This document shows positions 11,543-21,751 of a stretch of 64,000 nucleotides of DNA, piece by piece. Source of the DNA: Alphaproteobacteria bacterium (GTDB lineage: Bacteria > Pseudomonadota > Alphaproteobacteria > Micropepsales > Micropepsaceae); NCBI GenBank assembly GCA_045810735.1, contig JBJMVL010000101.1:5187-69186 (forward strand), given 5' to 3'. The number at the start of each line of letters is the position of its first letter. The stretch's first letter is position 1. A program made the position numbers and the translations under genes. The notes beneath the pieces were generated by a model. The model made no database searches. It was given only the letters and a program-made list of their open reading frames with translations, and had not been told where the DNA came from.

Positions 11543-12396
11543 CCGGTCAAGCCATGTGCCAGCACGATGGCTGCGAGTCGCGCCTTGGACAGACTCACGC
11601 GGCGGCGTGGCGGCGCCCAGCTCTGCTTCTCCATTTCATGCAAAATTTCCGCGTACACCGCCGCCATCAGCTTCGGGGCGCGGAGCCGACCTTTCGGCCG
11701 CGCCCGCAGAATGCGAGTGGCTTCCTGGAAGTGGGTGTGCGCTAGTTGCGCCACTCTGCGGCAGACGCTGTCGACAGCAGGATCCGCGATGGCTCGCTTG
11801 AGTTCACGCACAACAAGACCCGCGTCCGCGCAGTATTCCCTCGGCAGATACATGCGGCCGACGCGCGCATCTGCATCGAGATCGCGCAGGATGTTCGTGA
11901 GTTGCAGCGCACGGCCGAGATGATGCGCCAGTTCAAAGCCCGGCTCCTCGCCTATTCCGAATACTTTGATCGACAGCCGCCCCACCGCGCTTGCCACCCG
12001 CTCGCAATACAGGTCGAGCATCTCCAGGGAAGGCGCCCGAATATCTTCTCCTACATCCATCTCCATGCCGTCGATGACCGCAAGGAAATCCTGCTTTCGC
12101 AAGCCGTACCGTTTCACCGCATGAGCAAGAAAAGCCGCACGGCCGGGCGCGCCACCCGCATAAAGCGACTCCAGATCGGCGCGCCAGCCATCGAGCGCGG
12201 CGTGGCGCTCCCCCCGCGTGCCCATGCCATCATCGGCGATATCGTCCACCGCGCGGCAGAACGCGTAGATCGCGAACATCGCCTCGCGCTCCGGCTTCGC
12301 CATCAGCTTCATCGCGACATAGAAAGAACTGCCTTGCGCCTTGTTCTCGATGGCGCGGATTTCCGGGGCGGTTCCGACCGATTCTACCGCGCTCAC
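11539..12396 (-). CDS. hpnD: Presqualene diphosphate synthase HpnD
   Basis: SSFY, YAFCRAVDDIAD and LQLTNILRDL; GTG start overlaps the hpnC stop (GTGA). Confidence 0.93.
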   Translation of the reverse strand: MSAVESVGTAPEIRAIENKAQGSSFYVAMKLMAKPEREAMFAIYAFCRAVDDIADDGMGTRGERHAALDGWRADLESLYAGGAPGRAAFLAHAVKRYGLRKQDFLAVIDGMEMDVGEDIRAPSLEMLDLYCERVASAVGRLSIKVFGIGEEPGFELAHHLGRALQLTNILRDLDADARVGRMYLPREYCADAGLVVRELKRAIADPAVDSVCRRVAQLAHTHFQEATRILRARPKGRLRAPKLMAAVYAEILHEMEKQSWAPPRRRVSLSKARLAAIVLAHGLTG

Positions 12397-13271
12397 GGGG
12401 AATGCCTCAGCGCGAGCGCGCGCTTGTTCCGCCAGACTCGGGTGAGCAGGAAGCGAGCTGTCGCGTGCAGAAGTAGCGGGATCAGATCGACCTTTCCATG
12501 ATGCACCCGCTGATACAGCGGATCGCGTTTCGCGAGGTTGCGCGCAAGGTCTTCCGCCAACCGCTGAATAACGGTGACTTCGAAGGCGAGTCGGGTATCG
12601 CGGATTTGCGACGCAAACGGCTGCGCCTCCTTCAACAAACGCAGAGACCGCTGCGCGAGATCGGAAATCACACGGCGCAACGCAGGCGAAGCGCGATTCG
12701 CGCCCAACTCTTCGATGCGGGCTCCGGCAGCCGCCATAGAATCCTGCGGGATGTAGACTCGGTCGAGCGCCCGGTAATCCTTGCCGCAATCCTGCAGATG
12801 ATTGATGACCTGCAGCGCCGCGCAGAGCGCATCGCTCGCGGGCCAGATGTCGCGTCGCTCGCCGTGTACGTCCAGCACGAAGCGGCCCACAGGCATCGCA
12901 GAGTACCGACAATAGTCCATCAGCTCGTCCCAGCTCGCGTAATGAAGCTTCGTCACATCGCGGCGAAATGCTTCGAGCACCATCAATGCATGTTGAGCAT
13001 TCAGTTTGCGCTGGTCCAGCACGCGACGCAGCGCCAGCGCCTCTGGCGCGCTGTCGAGCTCGCCTGTTAGCGTACGGTCCATCTCGCCAAGCAAGCTGAG
13101 CTTCTCTTCAGCCGACGCCGTCGGATGGTCCGCCACATCGTCCGCCGCCCGAGCGAAACGGTAAAAGGCGAGAATGACGGGCCGGTGCCGTCGCTGAATC
13201 ACGAACGAGGCGACCGGGAAATTTTCGTCCCGGTGTCCCTTGCCCGATTGAAGGTTCGCCGCTCTGGTCAT
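12393..13271 (-). CDS. hpnC: Hydroxysqualene synthase HpnC
   Basis: ENFPVAS, FARAADDVAD and LQVINHLQD; ATG overlaps the hpnB stop. Confidence 0.93.
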   Translation of the reverse strand: MTRAANLQSGKGHRDENFPVASFVIQRRHRPVILAFYRFARAADDVADHPTASAEEKLSLLGEMDRTLTGELDSAPEALALRRVLDQRKLNAQHALMVLEAFRRDVTKLHYASWDELMDYCRYSAMPVGRFVLDVHGERRDIWPASDALCAALQVINHLQDCGKDYRALDRVYIPQDSMAAAGARIEELGANRASPALRRVISDLAQRSLRLLKEAQPFASQIRDTRLAFEVTVIQRLAEDLARNLAKRDPLYQRVHHGKVDLIPLLLHATARFLLTRVWRNKRALALRHSP

Positions 13272-14407
13272 CGCGCTATCGCCTGCGCGCGACCTTTCCA
13301 CATCCCGCCCCGGCCGAACCAGTGCTGCGCGGCGGAATCCAGCGTGAACACAGCGTAGAATAGCCCGATCAGCGGTAGCGTGAGCGCCCAAGTCGGCGAG
13401 CGGCCGTAGAACTGCAACATGGGAATGAAACTCGCCGCCATAACCAGCCACGCTTCAATGCCAGGGATAAGGAGAACGCCCGTACCGAATAGCGCAAGCA
13501 GGACCGGCGCAGCGAACATCACCGACAACCCAACGAACATGCCGGTGAGCAGCAGCGCGGAGTAGTTCAACTGGGCAAAGGCCGAGCGCGCCACCATGCG
13601 GCGGATGGCATGCAGATCGGCGTACGGCCGGATGGAAACAGCGCGCTCTGTCAGCCCAAGCCAGATCGGTCCTTGCGCTTTCATCAGCTTACCCAGCGCA
13701 CAGTCATCGATGAGTGCGTTGTGGATGACAGCAAGCCCACCAGCGCGCTCCAGCGACACGCGCTTTACCAACATGCAGCCGCCTGCAGCCGCTGCCATTC
13801 TGCGCTTCGCACTATTCACCCAAGCAAACGGATACAGCATCTGGAAGAAGTACACGAACGCCGGGATGAGAAAACGTTCGGCGGGTGTGGTGCAGGATAG
13901 CTTCGCCATCAGTGAAGTGAGTGACAGATTCTGCTGCTCCGCGCGTGAGATGAGACGGCGGAGATTGTCTGGCGCATGCGCGATATCTGCATCTGTGAAC
14001 CAAAAATAGTCGCATGGTTCCTTCGCTGCGTGCGCGATCCCTTGCGACATGGCCCAAAGCTTTCCCGTCCATCCTGCAGGGCGTGCTGCGCCTGATATCA
14101 CCATAAGCCTGCCGCTCGCGTCGAGTTCTCGAGAAATCTTTGCTGTCCCATCCTCGCTCTGATCGTCGACCAGAATGAGAGAAAAAGTTCCGGGGTAGTT
14201 CTGCGCTAACAGGGTGCCGATGGAACGCGCAATTACATCGGCTTCGTTGCGGGCGGGCACGATGGCGGTCACGGAAGGCCAATGCCCCGGCTCTGGGATT
14301 TCTTGAACATCATCGCGTTCGCGTGCGCGCCAGAACATGCCGCGACCGAGCAACAGGTAAAGCCAGATGGCCAACGGCAGGAACGCGAGGACGGTCAGCA
14401 CACTCAC
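13268..14407 (-). CDS. hpnB: Hopene-associated GT2 glycosyltransferase HpnB
   Basis: VPARNEA, VDDQSED, GWTGKLWA, FTDAD and LIDDC; GTG start overlaps the hpnA stop. Confidence 0.88.
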   Translation of the reverse strand: MSVLTVLAFLPLAIWLYLLLGRGMFWRARERDDVQEIPEPGHWPSVTAIVPARNEADVIARSIGTLLAQNYPGTFSLILVDDQSEDGTAKISRELDASGRLMVISGAARPAGWTGKLWAMSQGIAHAAKEPCDYFWFTDADIAHAPDNLRRLISRAEQQNLSLTSLMAKLSCTTPAERFLIPAFVYFFQMLYPFAWVNSAKRRMAAAAGGCMLVKRVSLERAGGLAVIHNALIDDCALGKLMKAQGPIWLGLTERAVSIRPYADLHAIRRMVARSAFAQLNYSALLLTGMFVGLSVMFAAPVLLALFGTGVLLIPGIEAWLVMAASFIPMLQFYGRSPTWALTLPLIGLFYAVFTLDSAAQHWFGRGGMWKGRAQAIAR

Positions 14408-15411
14408 TACAAATACCCGGAAACCTTGAACCAGTTGACCGCATCGGCAATGGCAAGCCGCCAAGGCCGCGTGGCGTAGCCGAGTTCGCGTTTCGCCTTG
14501 GCCGACGAAAAGAACATCTTGTGCTTCGACATCTTCAGCGCATCCACCGTAAGCATCGGCTCCTTGCGCGTAAGTCGCGCGATCAATTCAGTGACGTAAG
14601 CGAGTGGGTAAAGCGGCGCGCGAGGCAAACTCAGACGCGGAGGCTTGCGGGTCATGAGCCGCGCGATTTCCGCCAGCATCTCCTTCAGCATCACATTATG
14701 TCCGCCCAGAATGTAGTTCTCACCCATTCTGCCCTTGGAGAGCGCAAGCATATGGCCTTCCGCCACATCATCGACGTGCACGAGATTTAGCCCGGTTTCC
14801 ACGTAGGCTGGCATATTGCCCTTCGCCGCTTCGACAATCACGCGGCCTGTTGGCGTGGGCCGAATGTCCCGCGGCCCGATAGGCGTGGACGGACTGACGA
14901 TCACCACCGGCAATCCTTGCGCTATCTCTTCCTCTACCACACGTTCCGCCGCCACTTTGCTCTTCTTGTACGCGCCGACAGCGCGGTTCATATCAGAACG
15001 ATCGCCCTCATCAGCATCGCTGCCGTCCTCGCGTGGCTTTAATGCGGCGACCGAGCTGGTGTAGACAATCCGATCGACCCCGGCTTCGCGGGCGGCCTCC
15101 ATTACCATCCGTGCGCCGTCGCGATTGTTGCGGATGATTTCGTCAGGATCGTGCGCCCACAGCCGGTAATCCGCCGCGACATGAAAGAGATACCGCACCT
15201 CACGCAGAGCCACCGCCATGGCGGCACGATCCCTGATGTCGCCTACGGCAATTTCACAATCCAGCCCCGCCAGATTTGCACGCGGGCTGTTCGGCCGCAC
15301 CAGCACGCGCGCTGCGTAGCCGCGCTGGATTGTCTTGCGAAGTACGGCGGAGCCCAAGAATCCGGAGGCACCAGTGACGAGCACCCGGTCTGTCACGGCG
15401 AGCCCTGCCAA
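14407..15411 (-). CDS. hpnA: Hopanoid-associated NAD-dependent epimerase/dehydratase HpnA
   Basis: VTGASGFLG, FHVAADYRLW, YKKSK and PTPTGR. Confidence 0.92.
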   Translation of the reverse strand: MAGLAVTDRVLVTGASGFLGSAVLRKTIQRGYAARVLVRPNSPRANLAGLDCEIAVGDIRDRAAMAVALREVRYLFHVAADYRLWAHDPDEIIRNNRDGARMVMEAAREAGVDRIVYTSSVAALKPREDGSDADEGDRSDMNRAVGAYKKSKVAAERVVEEEIAQGLPVVIVSPSTPIGPRDIRPTPTGRVIVEAAKGNMPAYVETGLNLVHVDDVAEGHMLALSKGRMGENYILGGHNVMLKEMLAEIARLMTRKPPRLSLPRAPLYPLAYVTELIARLTRKEPMLTVDALKMSKHKMFFSSAKAKRELGYATRPWRLAIADAVNWFKVSGYL

Positions 15412-16409
15412 GTTCTCTCGCGCGGATGCAATGCACTCCGGCCCTCCGCTATTTGCCAGCTCAGCAGCACCGGAACGGCAAGCGCCACTTCCCGGGCTCG
15501 TTTAAGCAGCGACACGGCGATGCCGATTTCAGCCGGCAATCCAAATAGCGGCATCATCACGGCGTAACCCGCCTCCTGCACGCCAATAGCGGCGGGAATA
15601 AATATGGCCGCGCTGCGGGCGGCACACAGCAGGCCTTCGATAGCGACAACGGAGACGAAAGGAAGGGGATGGCCGATCATCGCCAGTGCGAGCCAGGTGC
15701 CGAAACCGGCGGAGAGCCAGCCCAAAAGGTGCAGCGCAAATCCTGCTGCCAAGCGCATCGGGTGCATGTGAATGTCGTTCACGACGCGATCGAGATCACC
15801 GGCATGCGTTTCCGCTACAGGAAGCAGGCGACGCGCCACTCGCTGTAGCAATGCAAAGCCGCGCCGCTGAACCGCGACGAAAAAGGTTGCAAGGATGGCT
15901 GCGACGCCCACGCCCACGGTGGTGACCTTCACCAAGGGTGTCTGGCCCGCATCTGGTAGCTGCAAGGTCAAAATGGTGAGACTGGCAAAGATGAAGACGA
16001 TCTGTGCGATCATCTCAAGCGTGATGTCCACAATCGTCGAACCGAACGCCGTGGATCCGGAAATTCCGCGCAGCATTGCAGCACGCGCGCCGATCACCAT
16101 GCCGCCGAACTGAGAGAAGGGCAGCACGTCGCCCGCTGAATCCCGCACGGCGCGGCCCCAGGCGAACGTCGTGGCTCTTACGCCGGTGTACGGCGGCACT
16201 AGAACAAGCCATGCGAGTCCCAGCAGCGTGAAATTGGCGAGCCCGTAGAGGCAAAGCAGCGCAAAGCCGGCCCAGCCGACCGACAGTGCTGCATTGATAA
16301 CGGCAGGGAATCCTAGGTGAAAAACGAGATAGGCGGCGCCCGCGACCCCGATCAGCGCGGCGGCAACAGCGCCTGTCCGCGCTGGACGTTTGGGTATGGC
16401 TGCACTCAC
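15393..16409 (-). CDS. hpnL: HpnL-like membrane protein (lysylphosphatidylglycerol synthase TM family)
   Basis: Multi-TM; LPFSQFGG, IPAAIGVQEAGY and SLLKRARE; GTG start overlaps the upstream stop. Confidence 0.75.
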   Translation of the reverse strand: MSAAIPKRPARTGAVAAALIGVAGAAYLVFHLGFPAVINAALSVGWAGFALLCLYGLANFTLLGLAWLVLVPPYTGVRATTFAWGRAVRDSAGDVLPFSQFGGMVIGARAAMLRGISGSTAFGSTIVDITLEMIAQIVFIFASLTILTLQLPDAGQTPLVKVTTVGVGVAAILATFFVAVQRRGFALLQRVARRLLPVAETHAGDLDRVVNDIHMHPMRLAAGFALHLLGWLSAGFGTWLALAMIGHPLPFVSVVAIEGLLCAARSAAIFIPAAIGVQEAGYAVMMPLFGLPAEIGIAVSLLKRAREVALAVPVLLSWQIAEGRSALHPRERTWQGSP

Positions 16410-17302
16410 GCGCGCTCGGGGTTTCGCATGAAACGGTGCGCAAGCCGAACCATGCCCGGCACGAATTTGGGCCGCAGCAGCCGTGCATCGTAAACGCCGA
16501 GCCGACGGTCGTTTTCGGCGAGGCAAGTGTCCATCAGCTCGGCGACGGAGATGTCGACACCCAATTCCTGCGCGCCGCTGACGGTGAAGTTGTTATCCTG
16601 CGGCGCGCCGCTGACGTCCTTGGCAATGCCGATGCGTTCCCAGACGAGAAAGGCCCACACCGCCGCAATTTTCAGCGCGAACCACGGCCTGCGCCAGAGA
16701 GGCATGTTCCGCCTGTACCAGGCCACCCAGTTCACGAAAAAAAGGATGTGCCGGCCTTCCTCACGCATCACCGGCTCGAACGTGTCAACCAGTTCCGGCG
16801 GAAAGAAGCCGGAGCGGCGCGCCGTCTCGAACAGACCAAAGGCGAAGAAGCTGTCGATGCATTCGCTGTAGCCGGTGACCATGAAGGCCCATTCGGGATC
16901 GCGTGGGACGATATATTCCGGCTCGGGCGCAAGTTTGATCCCGTAAGCCTCGACCATGTTATGCAGCACATGCTTGTGCCGTCGCTCCTCGAACGCATTG
17001 AGCGCGATTGCCTGCCGTAACAGCGGATTCGGGACCGTTTCCCCGTAGGTAGCTACGTTCAAGCCCGCTCGCCCTTCCGTTTGCACGGCGATGTCCCAGA
17101 TGGGCAGTGAGGTCAGCCGGGCGAGCGTATCGGGCGTGAGCTTCGGCCAATCGATTACAGCCGGTTTGTACGGATCGAAGGTCGTCAGCAGCGTATGACA
17201 GAAAAGCTTCTTGTGGCCCTCGCTGCCAAGCCGAATCTGCCCCGGCTCCGGTGTAGTTGTGTCGGACGGCAGATCCGGAAAAGTAAGTGCTTCGAGGGTC
17301 AT
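16406..17302 (-). CDS. Ferritin-like diiron four-helix protein of unknown function
   Basis: E76...E106xxH109 and E147...E182xxH185 (EERRH, EEGRH) carboxylate diiron pattern; one hydrophobic segment near aa 203-222. Confidence 0.8.
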   Translation of the reverse strand: MTLEALTFPDLPSDTTTPEPGQIRLGSEGHKKLFCHTLLTTFDPYKPAVIDWPKLTPDTLARLTSLPIWDIAVQTEGRAGLNVATYGETVPNPLLRQAIALNAFEERRHKHVLHNMVEAYGIKLAPEPEYIVPRDPEWAFMVTGYSECIDSFFAFGLFETARRSGFFPPELVDTFEPVMREEGRHILFFVNWVAWYRRNMPLWRRPWFALKIAAVWAFLVWERIGIAKDVSGAPQDNNFTVSGAQELGVDISVAELMDTCLAENDRRLGVYDARLLRPKFVPGMVRLAHRFMRNPERA

Positions 17303-17308
17303 AGAGGC

Positions 17309-18730
17309 TCACGTGGTGGTGCGGCGCGCGCGCAGAAAATGGAAAAATTCCACGCCCTCGCGCAACCGTCGGACCAGCATGTCGCGGGAGGTCACCATTT
17401 CGCTCACGATTTCCGCGATCTTCGAGGGGCGGAAGTAGAACCGCTTATAGAAATCCTCGACCGAATCGAAAATTTCGCCATGTGGCAGATGAGGATAGTT
17501 GAGCGGCGCGATTTGTGTACCGCCATCGGTCAACAGATCGATGTCTTCCGCAAACCAACCGTTCTTCTTCGCTTGATCATATAGGAAAGTGCCTGGATAC
17601 GGCGCGGCAAGCGAGACCTGCAGGGTTCGCGGGTTCACCTGCTTCGCAAATTCAAGTGTCTCCTCGATCGTTTCGCGTGTCTCGCCGGGAAGTCCAAGAA
17701 TGAAAGTACCGTGAACAAGGATGTCCAGTTCGTGGCAGTCTTTTGCAAAACGCCGCGCCACGTCCACCAGCATTCCCTTCTTGATGTTGTGCAGGATTTT
17801 CTGATTGCCGCTCTCGTAGCCCACGAGCAGAAGGCGCAGCCCATTGTTTTTCAAAATTTCGAGCGTCTTTCGCGGTACGTTGGCCTTGGCGTTGCATGAC
17901 CAGTTCACACCGAGTTTGCCAAGCTCTCTCGCGAGCGCTTCGACTCTCGGCAGATCGTCGGTGAGCGTGTCATCGTCAAAGAAGATCTCTCTGACCTGTG
18001 GGAATTCGCGCTGGACGAACTTCACTTCTTCAATGACGACGGGAATGGAGCGGTAGCGGTATTTGTGGCCGCCGATGGTCTGCGGCCAAAGGCAGAACGT
18101 GCAGCGCGATTTGCAACCGCGACCTGTGTACCAAGACATGTAAGGATGTTGCAGATAGCCGCCGAAGTAATTCTCGATCGTAAGATCGCGCTTATAGACC
18201 GGCAGAACGGAGGGGAGGCGGTCCATATCCATCAGGATGGGGCGGTCCTCGTTATGAACGATAGCTCCGCCATTGGTCCGATAGGATATTCCTTTGATGC
18301 CGGACCAATCGCATCCGGCTGCGATTTCCTGAATGGTGAACTCGTATTCGCTGCGAGCGACGAAATCGATCGCGGGCGAAGCCTTGAGGCTCTCGTCTGG
18401 TTGGACCGCAACCTTTGCACCGATAAATCCGACGACGGCGCCTGGATTGATCTCCTTGACCATGCGCGCAGTCTGAACATCCGATTTGAAGGAGGGTGTC
18501 GACGTGTGGATGATGATCAGGTCATGCGCCGCTAAATCGCCTTCGATGTCTTCGAATTTCAGACGATGAGGCGGCGCGTCGATCAATTTTGAGCCCTCGA
18601 CCATCGCGGCGGCTTGGGCCAGCCAGGTGGGAAACCAGAAGGACTTGACCTCGCGTTTCATCTGATAGCGCGCACCGGCGCCGCCATCGAATCCGTCGAA
18701 CGACGGGGCCTGAAGAAACAATGCGCGCAT
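17309..18730 (-). CDS. hpnJ: Hopanoid radical SAM protein HpnJ
   Basis: PSFDGFDGGAGARY N-terminus; GRGCKSRCTFCLWPQT; VGYESG. Confidence 0.95.
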   Translation of the reverse strand: MRALFLQAPSFDGFDGGAGARYQMKREVKSFWFPTWLAQAAAMVEGSKLIDAPPHRLKFEDIEGDLAAHDLIIIHTSTPSFKSDVQTARMVKEINPGAVVGFIGAKVAVQPDESLKASPAIDFVARSEYEFTIQEIAAGCDWSGIKGISYRTNGGAIVHNEDRPILMDMDRLPSVLPVYKRDLTIENYFGGYLQHPYMSWYTGRGCKSRCTFCLWPQTIGGHKYRYRSIPVVIEEVKFVQREFPQVREIFFDDDTLTDDLPRVEALARELGKLGVNWSCNAKANVPRKTLEILKNNGLRLLLVGYESGNQKILHNIKKGMLVDVARRFAKDCHELDILVHGTFILGLPGETRETIEETLEFAKQVNPRTLQVSLAAPYPGTFLYDQAKKNGWFAEDIDLLTDGGTQIAPLNYPHLPHGEIFDSVEDFYKRFYFRPSKIAEIVSEMVTSRDMLVRRLREGVEFFHFLRARRTTT

Positions 18731-19872
18731 TAGCCACTCACCTGCGAAATTACGCCGTCCTTACCAATGCGGAAACGGTCATCACGCCAGCTGATATCCA
18801 TATTGACGAGCGAAGCCACAAAAACACCAAACGACATCAGATCCCGAATTGGAAGCAGCCACAGGGGGCCGGCGCTCGTTCCGGCTACATCGTCTACGCC
18901 AGCTTTCAGAAGAAGCCGAGCTAGTATTACCGCTAACAGCGCGGTGAGGCCGGCTGGCGAAAAATCCAAAGCGGCAGAACCGAAGAGGGCCAATGGAAAT
19001 GCGTGGCTTGCCAAGCTACCCCAGTGGCCGGCAGCGCTGATCGAGCGCACCGTGCGTGCCCAGCGGAACTCGCGGCGCCAGAGTTCCGTCCAGTTGGCAT
19101 CCGCGCAGTCATGGCGGACCAGTACGGGTGGATATGCGATCGAATAGCCCGAGGCGCGGACTCGTCGGCCGATTTCATAATCGTCGGCCAGACAGTTCCG
19201 CAACACGGCGAACCCGCCGATTTTCGCAAGCACATCGCGCCGCAGCGCCATGGTAGCTCCGAAAAACGGCCGCGCGAGCCGGGCGGCTGTCCCGAACGCT
19301 GCGTTGGGGAGGAACTGATAGCTGATCCCCATGGCGGAGAGTTGAGACCAGCGATCCCGGCCAGCGCCGATATAGAAGCATGTGGCCGCTCCAGCTTGAT
19401 GCGTGTTCAGCGCAGCGGCGATGCCAGTTAGCCAACTGCGGGGTACTGCGATGTCGGCGTCGGCGACCACCAGCAGGTCGTGCTTGGCCGTCCTTTCCAT
19501 GTTCATCAGGTTGGAAATCTTGCGGTTCGCCCCGTGTAGCCGTGCGTCGATAATCAAACTAATATCGCGGTCCGGATATCTTTGCTGCAAGCGCTCAACA
19601 ACGAACCGCGCCGGATCGCCAGCATTCTGAAGGCCGCAAACCAGCTGAACTGGACCGTCGTAATCCTGGTCCAGTGCGCTGGTGAGCGCCGCTTCCAGGC
19701 CGGCCGGCGCTCCGTGAAGCGGCTTAAGAATAGTGACCGCGCCGCTCTTCAGCCGATGGGTCGGGCCAGAGCAAGCCAGCCGGTACCGGATCAGCAGCGT
19801 ACCAGCTGCGGCACAGGCCGCTCCGACCAGCGCCAGCCCCAGCGCAAGCCACCCGAGAAATAGCAACAGCAC
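18730..19872 (-). CDS. hpnI: Bacteriohopanetetrol glucosamine glycosyltransferase HpnI
   Basis: TILKPLHG, GANRKISNL, ADAD, LADDY and RWARTVR (ceramide glucosyltransferase-like); TAATG overlap with hpnJ. Confidence 0.88.
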   Translation of the reverse strand: MLLLFLGWLALGLALVGAACAAAGTLLIRYRLACSGPTHRLKSGAVTILKPLHGAPAGLEAALTSALDQDYDGPVQLVCGLQNAGDPARFVVERLQQRYPDRDISLIIDARLHGANRKISNLMNMERTAKHDLLVVADADIAVPRSWLTGIAAALNTHQAGAATCFYIGAGRDRWSQLSAMGISYQFLPNAAFGTAARLARPFFGATMALRRDVLAKIGGFAVLRNCLADDYEIGRRVRASGYSIAYPPVLVRHDCADANWTELWRREFRWARTVRSISAAGHWGSLASHAFPLALFGSAALDFSPAGLTALLAVILARLLLKAGVDDVAGTSAGPLWLLPIRDLMSFGVFVASLVNMDISWRDDRFRIGKDGVISQVSG

Positions 19873-20070
19873 TTGTCTCCACCGCGTTAGCTAGGCTCTT
19901 AGGGCGTCCTTTTCGGTCAGACCGCGTTTGAGGGCAACCTCTGCAACTGTGACTTTGACGGCGATGCCAAACATGTTAACGTGGCCCCCTGAGGAGTGGG
20001 CAGCGCCTGCCTCATTTTCCAGCTTCGTCATCATCGCCGGGAAGCTCAGGTTCGCCGAAGGGATTTGAAA

Positions 20071-21696
20071 ATGGTTCGCATTATCAGATGGTTTTTGCTC
20101 GTGTTGTGCGTCAATGTGGGTTTTTCCGCAGCGGCTTTCGCGAGTGACGTGCATTGTCCCCGGCCCAATCCAAGCAGTGATGTGTTGCCGCCGCCGGATC
20201 TGTTCAGCAACGGCGGTGTGCTGAAGGCATCCCTAAATTACTGGACCGAGGTCGACTTCGCCGGCCGTACACTCTTCTGTTTTCGTACCACCGATGGCCT
20301 GGAGTCACCCACCTTGCACGTGAACCCGGGGGACACGATCGATATCACTCTCACCAACCAGGTAGTGCGCCCGCTCAACGGTCCATCCGAAATTGTCTCC
20401 AATAAGAAAAATCAATGCGGCGACAATCGGATGAACCTGTCATCGGTGAACATGCACTTCCATGGCACCAACACATCACCGCGCTGCCACAGCGATGAGT
20501 CGATCCATACAATCGTGAATTCTGGTCAGACCTTCACATACAAGATCAAAATACCAAAGGACGAGCCACCCGGACTCTACTGGTATCATCCCCACGTCCA
20601 CGGAATCGCATCAATGGCGGTTCAGGGCGGAGCGTCCGGCGTCATTGTGGTCGAAGGCATCGAGAACATTCAGCCAGCGGTCGCCGGCCTGCCCCAACGG
20701 ATCGTGATCATTCGCGATCAACCGCTGCTGAACAGCGGCGGGCCGGATGATGGGCCGATGCCGAACTGGGATGTGAACGTCAATTATGTCCCGGTACCCT
20801 TTCCGGCATATCCCACCGCCATCGTTCGTATGACGCGCGGGACCCAGGAATTCTGGCGCGTTGCCAATGCCTCTGCGAACACCATCCTGGACCTTCAGGT
20901 GGTTTACACCGGCAAGCCGCAGCCGCTGCAGGTCGTTGCGTTCGACGGGGTCCCCACAGGTTCGCAGAACGGCAAACGGCAAGGCACCATCGTCACGCTA
21001 AAACACGTGTTGGTGCCTCCCTCGGGCCGGGTGGAATTCATTCTGGCGGCACCTACCAAGAAAACGTCTCAGGCATTTTTAGTGACCAAGGCGATCAACG
21101 GCGGCCCTGCGTCGGATACCAATCCAGACCGGCCTCTCGCGCAGCTGATTGCCACGGATTCTCCGGCCAAGCTCACGCGCGTTCCGGACCGATCGGGCCC
21201 GCCAAACCATCAGCGGTTCGAGAATATTGATGACGCGAAAGTGACCGCGAAGCGCACACTTTTCTTCCTGGAAGTTCCCGGGCACGCGCAGAAGAAGGGG
21301 CCGGCCGGCGAACCCGTGAATTTCTTTATTACCGTTGATGGGCAGGCATCGCAGCTGTTCGATCCGAACAATCCTCCCTCGATCGTCACCACGAAAGGCG
21401 CAGTGGAAGACTGGACCATCCAGAACCGTACCTTCGAGGTGCATGAATTCCACATGCACCAGATCCATTTCAAGGTGATGGAAGTGAACGGGAAACCAAT
21501 CGCGAAAGAACAGCAGCAATGGTACGACGTTTTCCAGGTGCCTTACTGGGATGGCGCTGGGAAATATCCGTATATCAAGGTGCGGATGGACTTCCGCGGG
21601 GCAGTCGTCGGTGATTTTGTTTATCACTGCCACATCCTCGACCATGAGGATGGAGGCATGATGGCGATCATTCGGGTGAAGCCGCCCAAGGTATAG
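20071..21696 (+). CDS. Secreted multicopper oxidase 1
   Basis: Signal peptide; MHFHG, YWYHPH, HEFHMHQ and YHCHILDHEDGGMM copper motifs. Confidence 0.92.
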   Translation: MVRIIRWFLLVLCVNVGFSAAAFASDVHCPRPNPSSDVLPPPDLFSNGGVLKASLNYWTEVDFAGRTLFCFRTTDGLESPTLHVNPGDTIDITLTNQVVRPLNGPSEIVSNKKNQCGDNRMNLSSVNMHFHGTNTSPRCHSDESIHTIVNSGQTFTYKIKIPKDEPPGLYWYHPHVHGIASMAVQGGASGVIVVEGIENIQPAVAGLPQRIVIIRDQPLLNSGGPDDGPMPNWDVNVNYVPVPFPAYPTAIVRMTRGTQEFWRVANASANTILDLQVVYTGKPQPLQVVAFDGVPTGSQNGKRQGTIVTLKHVLVPPSGRVEFILAAPTKKTSQAFLVTKAINGGPASDTNPDRPLAQLIATDSPAKLTRVPDRSGPPNHQRFENIDDAKVTAKRTLFFLEVPGHAQKKGPAGEPVNFFITVDGQASQLFDPNNPPSIVTTKGAVEDWTIQNRTFEVHEFHMHQIHFKVMEVNGKPIAKEQQQWYDVFQVPYWDGAGKYPYIKVRMDFRGAVVGDFVYHCHILDHEDGGMMAIIRVKPPKV

Positions 21697-21751
21697 ATGC
21701 AAAGCCGAAGCGCCGGGATAGTTCGCGGTGTCGTCAGGACGTGAGGGGGAA

